DNA of 64,000 nt from an uncultured Desulfosarcina sp. GTDB taxonomy: Bacteria; Desulfobacterota; Desulfobacteria; Desulfobacterales; Desulfosarcinaceae. Location: NCBI GenBank assembly GCA_963674945.2, contig CAXXWQ010000004.1, positions 3,008,001 through 3,072,000 of the forward strand, written 5' to 3'. A program made the position numbers and the translations under genes. Of the stretch, positions 36,729 through 49,047 are shown piece after piece (the stretch's first letter is position 1; every line of letters starts with the position of its first letter). A model generated the notes under the pieces. It was not told the origin of the DNA and did no database searches. It saw only the letters and a program-made list of their open reading frames with translations.

Positions 36729-38226
36729 CAATGTCGTTAACTTAACCGATCGGCTTGTACTGAGGAAAATATATGCGCGGTTTCGCTTTGTGTTTGCGCG
36801 GATATTTTCTCCCCGGCCTAATCGGTTCAACGGTTCTTTGAAAAATATATTGCAAATCGGCGATCAATCGTTTGATCATCCTTTTCGTATCGAGAAACAG
36901 CAAGACGATCACACCTTTACTTTTTGACAGCGCCTGGGTGAAATTGATCTGGTATCGGTGTTTTTTATCCACAATGTCATTGTCCATCTGGTCTTGGACA
37001 GGAAAAGCCATCATCCAGACCAGGTTTTTGGCGAAAATCTTTGCGTGAAAGTCTTGATACACAGACAGCGCAGATTGGCCAGAAAAGTTTTCCAGTTCCA
37101 TCCGGCATTTGATGATTTTGTAATCCTCTTCCACTGGCCATCTTTTGTGGTAAAGATCGCTAAACAGTTCGATTGGATATGTTCCCTTGTCAATCAGCGA
37201 AGTCATTAGCACGGCAACCTTCCCATCGTTTTCAATGCGGATCAGACGAAGTTTTAAAGGGGTTGTGTCCAACCCCATCTGTTTGCATTGGGAAACGGAG
37301 GTAGGATGAACAGGCACGGTAACAATCTTTTCCGATAGCCCGGAATGAAAAAACTTACGAACGACTTTCCATTTCGTACAAGACACGCGGGCACAGAAGT
37401 TGGCCTCCATGGAAAGGATCAGGTTAAAAAGCCACCATGCCGGGTACCCCCTATCGAGAAGGATCAAATCCTTGGGCATGACGTTTAGCATGTGTTGCGC
37501 CGCCAGTTCGCGTTCACCGATACGTTTGGGCTTGATAAGGGCATCGACGGTCATTTTGTTGAGGACATCGAAAAGCTGAGAAACCCTTGCCATGGGAGAT
37601 GGCGCACCCTGACGAACGTTCCAAACGCCAAAATGCTGGGCGACATCATCCGTCACCGGCAATTTTGTTGTAGAACCGTCAATGGCCAGCAACCGGAACC
37701 CGAACCACAACTTGGGACGAAAATGCTTTTCAAAATAGATGATTAACTGTAAATTCAATTCAACAAAGGCTTCATACTTGAGCTTCATTCGCGCTTTTGT
37801 TAAAGCTGCTTTCGATACGACCCGTCTTGCCACATCGAAGCGGCATAATGTCTTGAAGAATCTATCCAGTTCGTCCTGGTATGAACCTTTGACAAGGTTG
37901 ATGAGAAAAACGATCAAGACATGAAACGGAAGTTTTCTATTCCGTGTGAAATCGTTCTTGTTTTTTCTGTGGCGAGCGATGAAGTCAGGAGAGGAGATAA
38001 TTTCTCTTATAAATTCAATTGTTTTGGCACATACATTGAAAATCAGGTTTCGTGCCAAAGTTACCAAATTTCTCGCTAATTTTCGACATGGTATGCTCCT
38101 TTTGATTATATAACTGGCTGTTATTATTGAAAGTGAGTATACCATGTCGATCCACCTAATACAACATAATTTGCAATATATTTGATATGTTATGCCGTTT
38201 AACTGCTTCTTAAGTTAATGGCATTG
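36729..38226 (-). mobile_element. IS4-family insertion sequence (1498 bp) with 10-bp target-site duplication
   Basis: IRs CAATGTCGTTAACTTAA (36729-36745) and TTAAGTTAATGGCATTG (38210-38226), 15/17 match. TSD GAATTAAAGT at 36719-36728 and 38227-38236. Confidence 0.95.
36742..38145 (-). CDS. IS4-family DDE transposase (start uncertain)
   Basis: LAIDGST, LLDRGYP, YHKRWPVEEDYKIIK (YREK-type motif); the stop codon lies within the IR. Confidence 0.92.
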   Translation of the reverse strand: MVYSLSIITASYIIKRSIPCRKLARNLVTLARNLIFNVCAKTIEFIREIISSPDFIARHRKNKNDFTRNRKLPFHVLIVFLINLVKGSYQDELDRFFKTLCRFDVARRVVSKAALTKARMKLKYEAFVELNLQLIIYFEKHFRPKLWFGFRLLAIDGSTTKLPVTDDVAQHFGVWNVRQGAPSPMARVSQLFDVLNKMTVDALIKPKRIGERELAAQHMLNVMPKDLILLDRGYPAWWLFNLILSMEANFCARVSCTKWKVVRKFFHSGLSEKIVTVPVHPTSVSQCKQMGLDTTPLKLRLIRIENDGKVAVLMTSLIDKGTYPIELFSDLYHKRWPVEEDYKIIKCRMELENFSGQSALSVYQDFHAKIFAKNLVWMMAFPVQDQMDNDIVDKKHRYQINFTQALSKSKGVIVLLFLDTKRMIKRLIADLQYIFQRTVEPIRPGRKYPRKHKAKPRIYFPQYKPIG

Positions 38227-38449
38227 GAATTAAAGTTATTCCAAGGATACAACCAAATCGTTTCTTCGAGGTGCATGATTATAATCGTTTTCGCTCCAAA
38301 ATGAAGCGATGATTGGTTAGACAGCCAACAACGTATTGATATTAAAAATGAAATGATGTTTGCATCATAATGAATCAATCAGAGAAGATGCGAAAAAAGC
38401 AGCACTCGCCCATCGCGGTGCAGGATCATCGCCCGCTCGATCACATTTC

Positions 38450-38833
38450 TCAGTTTTTCTTTTTTAAAAGGGCCTCTAAATTGGCGAATGGCCGGTGGGT
38501 AAGGCCGTCTTCCTCCCTATCCCGATCGGGATTGCCACTTTCGTCGTAGGCTTCGGCCACCTCCAGACGTCCGTGTTCGTTGTCATGGCAGTAGATGCAC
38601 AAAAGTTCCCAGTTACTGCCGTCGGGCGGGTTATTGTCGTGGTTGTGGTCCCGATGGTGGACGGTCAGTTCTTTGAGCTTTTTTCCGGAAAACTCCCGGC
38701 CACAACGGCCGCACACATGGGGATACATCTTAAGGGCCTTCTCACGATAGGTGTTTTCCCGTTCTTTCATGTGGCGGCGGGCTTCGATCACCACGTTGGA
38801 GAGATTGCCGGATTCTTTTTTACGATTGGACAT
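38450..38833 (-). CDS. yajD: YajD-family HNH nuclease
   Basis: YREKALKMYPHVCGRCGREF...LTVHHRDHNHDNNPPDGSNWELLCIYCHDNEH. Confidence 0.85.
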   Translation of the reverse strand: MSNRKKESGNLSNVVIEARRHMKERENTYREKALKMYPHVCGRCGREFSGKKLKELTVHHRDHNHDNNPPDGSNWELLCIYCHDNEHGRLEVAEAYDESGNPDRDREEDGLTHRPFANLEALLKKKN

Positions 38834-39409
38834 GGCTGCCTCCTTACGTCACGAATTCGTTTCTTCCGATACGGACAGATTTATAGACCAAAGTCAGGCT
38901 ATTTTCCACATCCATTTGGTAATGGGCCACCGTGTCTAAAAAGCGAGTGTTTTACGGAACAGTAATACCATCTGCTTGTTCACGATAAATTTTGCCGTTG
39001 ATCAGAGGCGCATATATCCCAACAATTGACAAGGATGCAATTCGGGAGCTATTCTCAACGTATGCCCACTTGATTCAAACGCTGGAAGTGCACTGATTGT
39101 GTAATGTACCGTATTAATATCCTCCTCCTCTGTTATATTGGCATGAAGATCAGAATTCGTTGACAATTTTGATACTTTCGCCTGCTTAATGATGTTTTGA
39201 TTATCTGTACGGTTTTTCCATTGTTTTTCTTTCTTCAGCAGGTTCATTCTTGTCCATTATTTTGATTTCAAACGAAATTATTCCGGAAACGGAGCCATGA
39301 AAAAATATACCTTCTATAAAAAATCCTCATTACCGAGGTCACTTTGTCGTCACGCACCATGAGATTACATGAAACTTGACCAATAAACCTTTCAGAAGGA
39401 GAAATACCA

Positions 39410-41494
39410 ATGAGTGAAAAATCCGTTTACAGTGTCTGCGGCATGTGTACGGTGCGTTGCCCCATCCACGTGACCACCGAAAACGGCAAGGTGCAATTCA
39501 TTCAAGGCAATCCCCATTTGAAGGGCATCGAAGGAGCGATATGCGGCCGTGGCGCGGCGGGAACCGCCCTGATAGAGGACCATGAACGGCCCCAATATCC
39601 CATGATACGCGTCGGAGGGCGCGGCGACGGGAATTGGCGTAAGGTCACCTGGGACGAAGCGCTGAATTATGTAGCCGACCGACTCAAAACGATTTTTGCG
39701 CAATACGGAGCCAAAAGTCTGCTTTTAACGGACAGGGGAGGCCCTTTCCGGGATTTCCATCGGGCCTTTCTCCGTGGACTCGGAACCCCCAACTATTGCA
39801 ATCACGACGGCTCCTGCGCCCGAAACGTCCAGCACGCCGCACTGTCTGTCTTTGGCTTCGGCCGCAAGGGAGTGGTCTACGATCTGAGCAACGCCCGACA
39901 TGTGGTACTCCAGACGCGAAACATCTTCGAGGCCATCAACGTCCGTGAAGTCAATGAACTGATCGGGGCCCTGGAGAACGGGTGCAAGCTGACGGTAATC
40001 GACATCCGGTCAACCGCCAGCTCGGCCAAGGCCCACAATTTCTTTCAGATTCGACCGGGCACGGACTATGGTTTCAATCTGGCTGTGATTCACGAACTGA
40101 TCACCCAAAAACGCTACGACCAGGACTACGTCAAACGCCATTTCAAGGATTTTGACGAACTGGTGAGATTTATCCAACCCTACACCCCACAGTGGGCCGA
40201 AGAGGAGACCGGCATTCCGGCTAACCGGCTGGTCAATTTCGTCCGGGAACTGGCAGATGAAAAGCCGGCGGTTTTGTGGCATCCGGGATGGATGAACGCC
40301 AGGTACAAGAACTCATTTTACATGTCCCGCAGTATCTACATCATTAACGCCCTTCTGGGGTCTGTCGGCGCCAAGGGTGGCCTGCCGCTGGTCAACAAAC
40401 CCGGAGACTACGACCGTAAAGGGCTCAATAAACTCATGGACCTTTACGAGAAGCCCACCGAAAAGCGTGCCGACGGTGCCGGCTGGAAATATCCCCACTT
40501 CGAGTCCGGGCCGGGCATTACGCATCTAGCGTTCAAGGCTATCGAATCCGAGGATCCCTATCCGCTAAAAGCGTACATCGCATACCGACACGACCCCCTC
40601 ATGGGGTTTCCGGACCCCGACGGCCTGAAGAAGGTTTTCGACAAGCTGGACCTTATGGTGTCCATTACCTTTTCATGGTCTGATACGGCCTGGTATTCCG
40701 ACGTCGTGCTACCGCTGTCTCCCTACCTGGAACGGCAGACCGTTATTGCCACCAAAAACGACTTGCTTCCCTACTTTTTTATCCGTCGTCAGGCAGTGCT
40801 TCCCACCTTCGATACCAAGTGCGACTGGGAGATTTTTTCCGAATTGTCCAAACGGATGGGGCTCGAAAAGCTCATTTTTGACAACGTGGAGGACTTGTGG
40901 AATTTCCAGCTCGAAGGGACCGGGGTCAGCCTGTCGGATTTCGACAAAACCGGGATCGTGCTGTTGGGTGATGAACCCAAATACCGGGATGTAGCGGAAC
41001 TCGATTTTAAAACCCCCTCGGGCAAGATCGAGATGATCTGTAAAACGTTGGAAGACCAAGGAATTCCATCCCTGAAACCATACGAATCGCCTGCCGCTCC
41101 CAAAGAGGGCCAGTTCCGTTTGACTTTTGGTCGCTGTGCGGTCCACACACAGGGCCACACCGTCAACAATCCCATACTCTTCGAACAAATGCCCGAAAAC
41201 GTTCTGTGGATCAACGACGTGGAGGCCAATAAGCTGGGTATCAAGGACAAGGATCTGGTAAATGTCTCCAACAATGGCCATACCGGGCAGATCCGGGCCA
41301 ACGTTACCGAGAATATCCATCCGGAAGCCGTCTTTGTGGTCCACGGCTTTGGACACCAATTGCCGGTAGAAAGCCGTGCCTTCGGTCGAGGGCTGGCCGA
41401 TAATAAATTAATGCCCAATGGCTACGAGATTTACGATATCGCCGGTGGCGGCGTCGCTTTCCAGGAACATTTTGTTTCAGTAAAAAAAGCGTAA
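39410..41494 (+). CDS. Molybdopterin oxidoreductase catalytic subunit (PsrA/PhsA-like) without Tat signal
   Basis: CGMCTVRC...CGRG [4Fe-4S] motif from residue 10; IRPGTD, SDTAWYSDVVLP, HTQGHT and a C-terminal MGD-binding domain; AGGAG RBS. Confidence 0.85.
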   Translation: MSEKSVYSVCGMCTVRCPIHVTTENGKVQFIQGNPHLKGIEGAICGRGAAGTALIEDHERPQYPMIRVGGRGDGNWRKVTWDEALNYVADRLKTIFAQYGAKSLLLTDRGGPFRDFHRAFLRGLGTPNYCNHDGSCARNVQHAALSVFGFGRKGVVYDLSNARHVVLQTRNIFEAINVREVNELIGALENGCKLTVIDIRSTASSAKAHNFFQIRPGTDYGFNLAVIHELITQKRYDQDYVKRHFKDFDELVRFIQPYTPQWAEEETGIPANRLVNFVRELADEKPAVLWHPGWMNARYKNSFYMSRSIYIINALLGSVGAKGGLPLVNKPGDYDRKGLNKLMDLYEKPTEKRADGAGWKYPHFESGPGITHLAFKAIESEDPYPLKAYIAYRHDPLMGFPDPDGLKKVFDKLDLMVSITFSWSDTAWYSDVVLPLSPYLERQTVIATKNDLLPYFFIRRQAVLPTFDTKCDWEIFSELSKRMGLEKLIFDNVEDLWNFQLEGTGVSLSDFDKTGIVLLGDEPKYRDVAELDFKTPSGKIEMICKTLEDQGIPSLKPYESPAAPKEGQFRLTFGRCAVHTQGHTVNNPILFEQMPENVLWINDVEANKLGIKDKDLVNVSNNGHTGQIRANVTENIHPEAVFVVHGFGHQLPVESRAFGRGLADNKLMPNGYEIYDIAGGGVAFQEHFVSVKKA

Positions 41495-41732
41495 CAAAAA
41501 AAATAGCTGATGCTTACAATTCCGCGCCGCCGCCGACCTTTGGCCGGTTTGAACGGCAACTGAAACGATGCCATTTTGGCGTAGTTTCATACGAGTAGTG
41601 TTGGATGATACTACCGAATAACGACTGGTGCATTCGGCGAAAACAAAGAGATTGTTATGGAACTCTCCAGGACTACGTTGCTTTCGCGTAGACGAGTCTC
41701 CAGATCAATTTGCCGTTTATGGATGGAGACGT

Positions 41733-43814
<2,082 letters not shown>

Positions 43815-43951
43815 TCATCGTCCCACTGACGAGGAACCATACCATTACCGAATTTGGCGAACAAGGGTTCAAAAAACTCGGGTCAGAAAAAACGAATTTG
43901 GGGCGTACTGGTCGTATGGACCAAAGGCGATGGAAGGGCGATGAAAAATGG

Positions 43952-46309
43952 CTAAACTTCCTGTCTTTTCCACAAAATTCTTGCGAGGACAGGCAAAAGC
44001 ACCATGGCGCCAACCATGTTCCACAGGAACATAAAGGTTAACAAAAATCCCATATCCGCCTGGAATTTGATGGGTGAGAACGCCCAGGTGGCGACGCCGA
44101 TGGACAGTGTAATGCCGGTGAAAGAGACGGCTCTGCCCGTCGTGTTCAGGGTCCGGTAAAAAGCCGGCGTCAACTTGTACCCCAGTTCATCCCGGTAATA
44201 GAGAAGCTTGTTATAGATATAAATGCCGTAGTCCACCCCGATGCCGACGCCGACGGCGATGACGGGCAACGTGGCGACCTTGATACCGATGCCCATTTGG
44301 GCCATCAGGGCCTCGCACAGCACGGAGGTGATCGCCAGGGGCGTAACAACGCATACAGCTGCCTTTACATTTCGGTAGGTAACCAAGCACACCAGAAATA
44401 CCACCGCATATACCAGAATGGTCAATTTCAAAAGCGCCTTTTCCACCTCGACATTGGTGGCCGCCTCGATACCCCCGTTGCCGGCAGCCATCAAAAACTG
44501 CATGGTGTCCGTATTGTGCTTTTTGGCAAATTCATCGACGGCCGCGACCACCCGCTCCAGTGTTTCCGCCTTGTGGTCGTCCAAAAAGACCAGAATGGGT
44601 GTAAAAGCACCCTCTTTCTTCTGTAAGATACCCGGGGTCTGAAAAATCAGACTGTCGAGGGTCACCTTGCTCCGGGGTATGGCCGTCCATTTCAGGTTTC
44701 CTTCCATATAAGCCGCATTGAGAAGTTTTAAAACGTCCGAGTGGCTGATAACATTCTGTACACCTTCGACATCATGGGTCAACTTCGCGTCCAGCTTATC
44801 GGTGAGCACCACCACCGGATATGCGCTGCTGCCTCTCTTCGGCGTTGTCAGCATCACAACGAATACATCACTGCTGGTGGAATAGTGTTCGTTCATATAG
44901 GCGTTGTCCTTGTTGTAACGGGAATCCGGCCGCAATTCAGGAGCCCCGGGGTCCAGGTCACCGGTTTTCAAATCCTCCATCAGGTAAAGACCGCCCACCA
45001 GAAAGATGGCTGCTACCACAACCGTACCGTAGGCCCACTTTGGCTCGGTGTATCGGGTCAGATGGGTCCATACGGGGTGGTTTGTCGAGGCGTTGGCCTT
45101 TTTCATTCTTTCGATGGTCGTTGGGCTGATTCCGGAATAGGACATCAACACGGGCAAAAAGATCAGGTTGGTAACGGCCACCACGGCCACACCGATGCTG
45201 GCTCCAACGGCGACGTCCTGAATCACGCCGATCTGAATCACCATCAGGGTGGCAAAACCGATAAAGTCGGTGAACAGTGCGGCCAGACCCGGCCTGAAAA
45301 TCTGACGAAAGCCCAGACGCGCCGCCGTTACTTTGTCCGCCCCGGCGATCATCTCCAGGCCCATGGCATTGAACATCTGCATGCCGTGGCTGACGACCAG
45401 AGCGAACATGAGAAAAGGCACCAGCATGGAATAGGGATTCAGCCCGTACCCGCAGAGCCTCATGATCCCCAATTGCCAGACCACCGCCGTCAGAGAGGAG
45501 ATCGCCCGTACGGCCGTGTTTTTCACGCACCGCGAACTGAACCACAGTAAAATAAGCAGAATCAAAAAAGCGATGAAAAAGAAGAGTAGAATCCGGGTGG
45601 AACCATCGATGAGATCCCCCACGATTTTGGCGAATCCGGTAATATGGATCTTGATATCGTCATTCTGGAACCGGGTTCGAATCTCCTCCAGCTTTTTCGC
45701 AAAAAGATTGTAGTCGATGGGTTTTTGCGTTTCCGGATTAATATCAAACAGGGGTGCCATGATGACACTGGATCTGAAATCGTTTGCCACCAGACTGCCC
45801 ACCTCACCGGACTTGAATACATTCAAACGGACCTGCGCAAGGTCTTTCTGGCTGCCGGAGTAAGTACTGGGGATGACTTCCCCCCCGAGGAAACCATCTT
45901 CGTTCACCTCTATCCATCGGACATTCGGTGTCCACAGCGACTTCAATCCCGCCCGGTTTACACCGGGAATGTAAAAAATATCGTCACTTACCTTTCTCAA
46001 CACGGCCATGTACTCTTTGGTGAAAATATCTCCTTTGGTGGTTTCGACGCAAATGCGGACGACGTTGCCCATTTCCTTAAGATCTTCCTGGTGCGCGATA
46101 AAATTCTTGATGAAAGGATGATAGGTGGGAATCATGCGTAAAAAACTGGCCTCGGGCCTCATCTGAAGCATGTGATAGCCGAAAAAGATCGTAAAGCCGA
46201 CATACAACACCATAACGATTGGCCGTCTGGGAAAGAGCATCCTTTCTAAAAACCACGCGTCATCTACATATGAGCTGTCAACTTCAGTCGATACGTTCTT
46301 CTGGAGCAT
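43952..46309 (-). CDS. RND/MMPL-family transporter
   Basis: Two MMPL-like repeats; ITGFAKIVGDLIDG, GAPELRPDSRYN, GIGVDYGIY, KFQADMG. Confidence 0.88.
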   Translation of the reverse strand: MLQKNVSTEVDSSYVDDAWFLERMLFPRRPIVMVLYVGFTIFFGYHMLQMRPEASFLRMIPTYHPFIKNFIAHQEDLKEMGNVVRICVETTKGDIFTKEYMAVLRKVSDDIFYIPGVNRAGLKSLWTPNVRWIEVNEDGFLGGEVIPSTYSGSQKDLAQVRLNVFKSGEVGSLVANDFRSSVIMAPLFDINPETQKPIDYNLFAKKLEEIRTRFQNDDIKIHITGFAKIVGDLIDGSTRILLFFFIAFLILLILLWFSSRCVKNTAVRAISSLTAVVWQLGIMRLCGYGLNPYSMLVPFLMFALVVSHGMQMFNAMGLEMIAGADKVTAARLGFRQIFRPGLAALFTDFIGFATLMVIQIGVIQDVAVGASIGVAVVAVTNLIFLPVLMSYSGISPTTIERMKKANASTNHPVWTHLTRYTEPKWAYGTVVVAAIFLVGGLYLMEDLKTGDLDPGAPELRPDSRYNKDNAYMNEHYSTSSDVFVVMLTTPKRGSSAYPVVVLTDKLDAKLTHDVEGVQNVISHSDVLKLLNAAYMEGNLKWTAIPRSKVTLDSLIFQTPGILQKKEGAFTPILVFLDDHKAETLERVVAAVDEFAKKHNTDTMQFLMAAGNGGIEAATNVEVEKALLKLTILVYAVVFLVCLVTYRNVKAAVCVVTPLAITSVLCEALMAQMGIGIKVATLPVIAVGVGIGVDYGIYIYNKLLYYRDELGYKLTPAFYRTLNTTGRAVSFTGITLSIGVATWAFSPIKFQADMGFLLTFMFLWNMVGAMVLLPVLARILWKRQEV

Positions 46310-46321
46310 TTTGCATTTCCT

Positions 46322-47497
46322 CTATTTCTCGTTGGCTGGTTTTTTGATTTCGATCCGGGAAATCCCTGCGAGCCCCACTACTGCCAGCACGTCTCTTTTC
46401 ATCTCGGCCATGGCAATCCCCCCCCCGGGGTATCGTTGGGGTAGTGCCGTGAAGGTTTTTCCCCGATCCTTGCTTCTCAAAATGACCCCATCAATGCCCA
46501 CAACACAAAAAGATCCATCCAATAGAACGGTGCCGCCGGAAAGTGATACCGGCCTACCAATGTTTGAGGTGTTCCAGGATTCTCCCCGGTCCAAAGAATA
46601 ATAGATATGCCCCCTCAGTCCGAAGATCGTTACAAACCCGCCGGACGGATCTCCGATAATGCCGAAAAAGGACCCTCCGTAGGGAGACTGAAGGTGCTGC
46701 CAGCTTTGGCCGAAATCCTCTGACCGGTACAATGCACCGGCCTCCCCGGCAATGAACAGATCGTCACCGGAATGTTCGATGCTGTAGTAGTGATATCCGG
46801 TCGTATTATCGATGCGATCCAGATTGGGCTGCCAGGTATTCCCCCCGTCTTTCGTCGAAAGAATCAGTCCGTAGACGCCGATAATGATGCCTTCCCGATC
46901 ATTTTTAAACCATAGATCCATCAACGGCTGGCAGGGGCCCTGTTTCGAGGTAAACGCCATGTCGCTTAACAGGTAGCTCAGATCATCCGCCTTCAACACC
47001 AAATCCTCCCGTTCTTCTTCGGTCAGCGCCGGGTCTGCAAGAAGCTCGTTCTTGGCGTTCACCATCTGCGCCATCTGGTTATAGACCAGTTTGTTGATCT
47101 GCCAGCCGTCCAACTGCGTTTTCCATGTTTTGCCGCCATCTTCGGTGTGAAGCACCACACCGTCGTGTCCAACGGCCCATCCGTGATCATGGGTCGGAAA
47201 ACAGACTGCCGTCAGGGTAACGCTCACCGGTACCTCCGCCTGGATCCAGCCCTCGCATTCGTTATCCGAATACAGGATATGCCCCCGCTCACCAACCACC
47301 ACGATACGGCCATCCACCTTCGCCACATCCATGAGGATTGCGTATGGCGCCCAGTCGACTTTTTCCGACGGCTCCTTCAACAGGTCTACGGTCTCACCAG
47401 ATGTTGATATTGCAGCGCATAGGAAAAGAAAAATGCAACCGATGCCAAAGAGGTATTTTCTTTGGCCATTTTTATGCTCACCGGATCGATTCTCCAT
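46322..47497 (-). CDS. YCF48/BNR-repeat beta-propeller protein
   Basis: Repeated Asp-boxes (TEDGGKTW, TKDGGNTW, SEDFGQSW, SLDRGESW, SKDRGKTF); VGERGHIL. Confidence 0.88.
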   Translation of the reverse strand: MENRSGEHKNGQRKYLFGIGCIFLFLCAAISTSGETVDLLKEPSEKVDWAPYAILMDVAKVDGRIVVVGERGHILYSDNECEGWIQAEVPVSVTLTAVCFPTHDHGWAVGHDGVVLHTEDGGKTWKTQLDGWQINKLVYNQMAQMVNAKNELLADPALTEEEREDLVLKADDLSYLLSDMAFTSKQGPCQPLMDLWFKNDREGIIIGVYGLILSTKDGGNTWQPNLDRIDNTTGYHYYSIEHSGDDLFIAGEAGALYRSEDFGQSWQHLQSPYGGSFFGIIGDPSGGFVTIFGLRGHIYYSLDRGESWNTSNIGRPVSLSGGTVLLDGSFCVVGIDGVILRSKDRGKTFTALPQRYPGGGIAMAEMKRDVLAVVGLAGISRIEIKKPANEK

Positions 47498-47640
47498 ATT
47501 TCCAATTTCACCTTTTTCATTTCGTTATTTTGCCGTTGGAGCAAAGTGGGAAACGTACAAGGAACTAAATAAAATGAGAATGTCGGCGGTATAACGACCT
47601 GCTCATTATTTGGGCCTCTTACATGTTTTCTTACATCCCA

Positions 47641-49023
47641 TTACCGCCTGCCGCTTTTTCGCAAATGCTGAATTGTGAAGTGGGAGTCGGGTATGTCCTT
47701 CGTACTTGGGGGGCCTCCTTCGTAAAAATTAGCTCCTTGATACACGGGCACCTGGGAATCAAAATTATAGTACTGGGTCTGACGGGTCACAGGAATGTCA
47801 TAGTATTGTTTTACATTTGCAAAGGACCATCGCCACAGGTTTCCGCGATTATCGTACTGATCCTTGAGTAAAATCTGCCATGAGTCCTCATCCAGATAAA
47901 AATCCCGCTTGCCATACATATGCCGATACCCTTCCCGGATGGTTGCGACGACTTTCCATACCCGATGAAGCTCCCAGCGCATATATTCCGGGTCGACATG
48001 ATGCGGTGTCAGTACCGCTTTGGGGTCGCGCTTAAACTCGTCTTCGATACGGTAGGCGTTATACGGTACGAACATCTCTTTTTTCCCGTTCAATGTCCAA
48101 TCGAACCGGTCGATCTTGCTGGAATACATCCATGAGTCGTCGTTGCATGCAACGATGCCGGTTGTTGGATCAACACCGTCGTAAAATACGTTGGGCGCCC
48201 GGCGCACCCGGCGTTGTCCCGGCATATATTGCCAGCCGCCGGCGTCTCCATCCCGATAGTCCCCACGTAACAATCGTAGAAAAACTTCGCCGTAGCGGCC
48301 GGGTATATCGAGTTCATACCAACCTCCTACGGTAAAATCCTTTGGGTTGAACTTTTCTTTCGGTACGGTTTCAGCTTCAGATAGATAGTACCAGGCTTGA
48401 ATTGTCCCTCCTTCGGCCCAGGTGCCGTCTTCCTGAACGACGCCACCGCCACCATAAAAACTTAAATTTTTCGATCCATTTGGTTTGTTAAGAAAATTTA
48501 ATATGGCCTGGGCGCCGTTTTGCGGAATCGGAAACACAAACCCTTTCCAGTAATTTGTCATGCTACCATCACGATCGACAAGCTCCGCCGTCAGGGCATT
48601 TTCATATGTACTTCGATAAATTTCTTCGGAAAATGCGGCAGATCTTCTGGTGGGATAAATATGCATCTTCCAGGTATCCGGGTACATTTCGAACATTTTC
48701 AACAGGCCCTGGGATAATTTGTCCTTATATTGATCGACATTTTGTGCTGTAATGGTAAACAGGGGCTTGTCTTCGGGATAGGGATCCGGGAGAAACTCTC
48801 CGGGAACAACCTTCACGTTTTCTGGTGTTTTTGAAAGTCCACCGGTCCAAGGGGGAATGGTTTCTTCCTTGTTTCCCGAACGCTCGCCTCCCATGGGGTT
48901 TAGCTCCTTTTTCAGTTTTTCCGCCTCTTCAGCAGTCACTTTCGCCTGAACCGCCACTGTGATACACACCAATAGGCTCGCCAGCATCACGGACAATATT
49001 CTTTTCCATATGGTACGGTTCAT
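47641..49023 (-). CDS. DUF1329 protein (AupB-like, LolA-like fold), copy 1
   Basis: Signal peptide; LNPMGGERSGN..IPPWTGG, YPTRRSA, YMPGQRRVRRAP, RWELHRVW, YLDEDSW, YDNRGNLWR. Confidence 0.88.
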   Translation of the reverse strand: MNRTIWKRILSVMLASLLVCITVAVQAKVTAEEAEKLKKELNPMGGERSGNKEETIPPWTGGLSKTPENVKVVPGEFLPDPYPEDKPLFTITAQNVDQYKDKLSQGLLKMFEMYPDTWKMHIYPTRRSAAFSEEIYRSTYENALTAELVDRDGSMTNYWKGFVFPIPQNGAQAILNFLNKPNGSKNLSFYGGGGVVQEDGTWAEGGTIQAWYYLSEAETVPKEKFNPKDFTVGGWYELDIPGRYGEVFLRLLRGDYRDGDAGGWQYMPGQRRVRRAPNVFYDGVDPTTGIVACNDDSWMYSSKIDRFDWTLNGKKEMFVPYNAYRIEDEFKRDPKAVLTPHHVDPEYMRWELHRVWKVVATIREGYRHMYGKRDFYLDEDSWQILLKDQYDNRGNLWRWSFANVKQYYDIPVTRQTQYYNFDSQVPVYQGANFYEGGPPSTKDIPDSHFTIQHLRKSGRR

Positions 49024-49047
49024 TTAATGCTCCTTTTGATATTTGAT

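Noticed and set aside
2996..38833. The two HNH genes as a defence or homing system
   Set aside because: Small stand-alone HNH proteins in housekeeping-like context, with no methylase, ATPase, intron or array nearby.
39002..39247. 81-aa ORF upstream of the molybdoenzyme
   Set aside because: No recognisable motif or clear RBS; cannot be supported.
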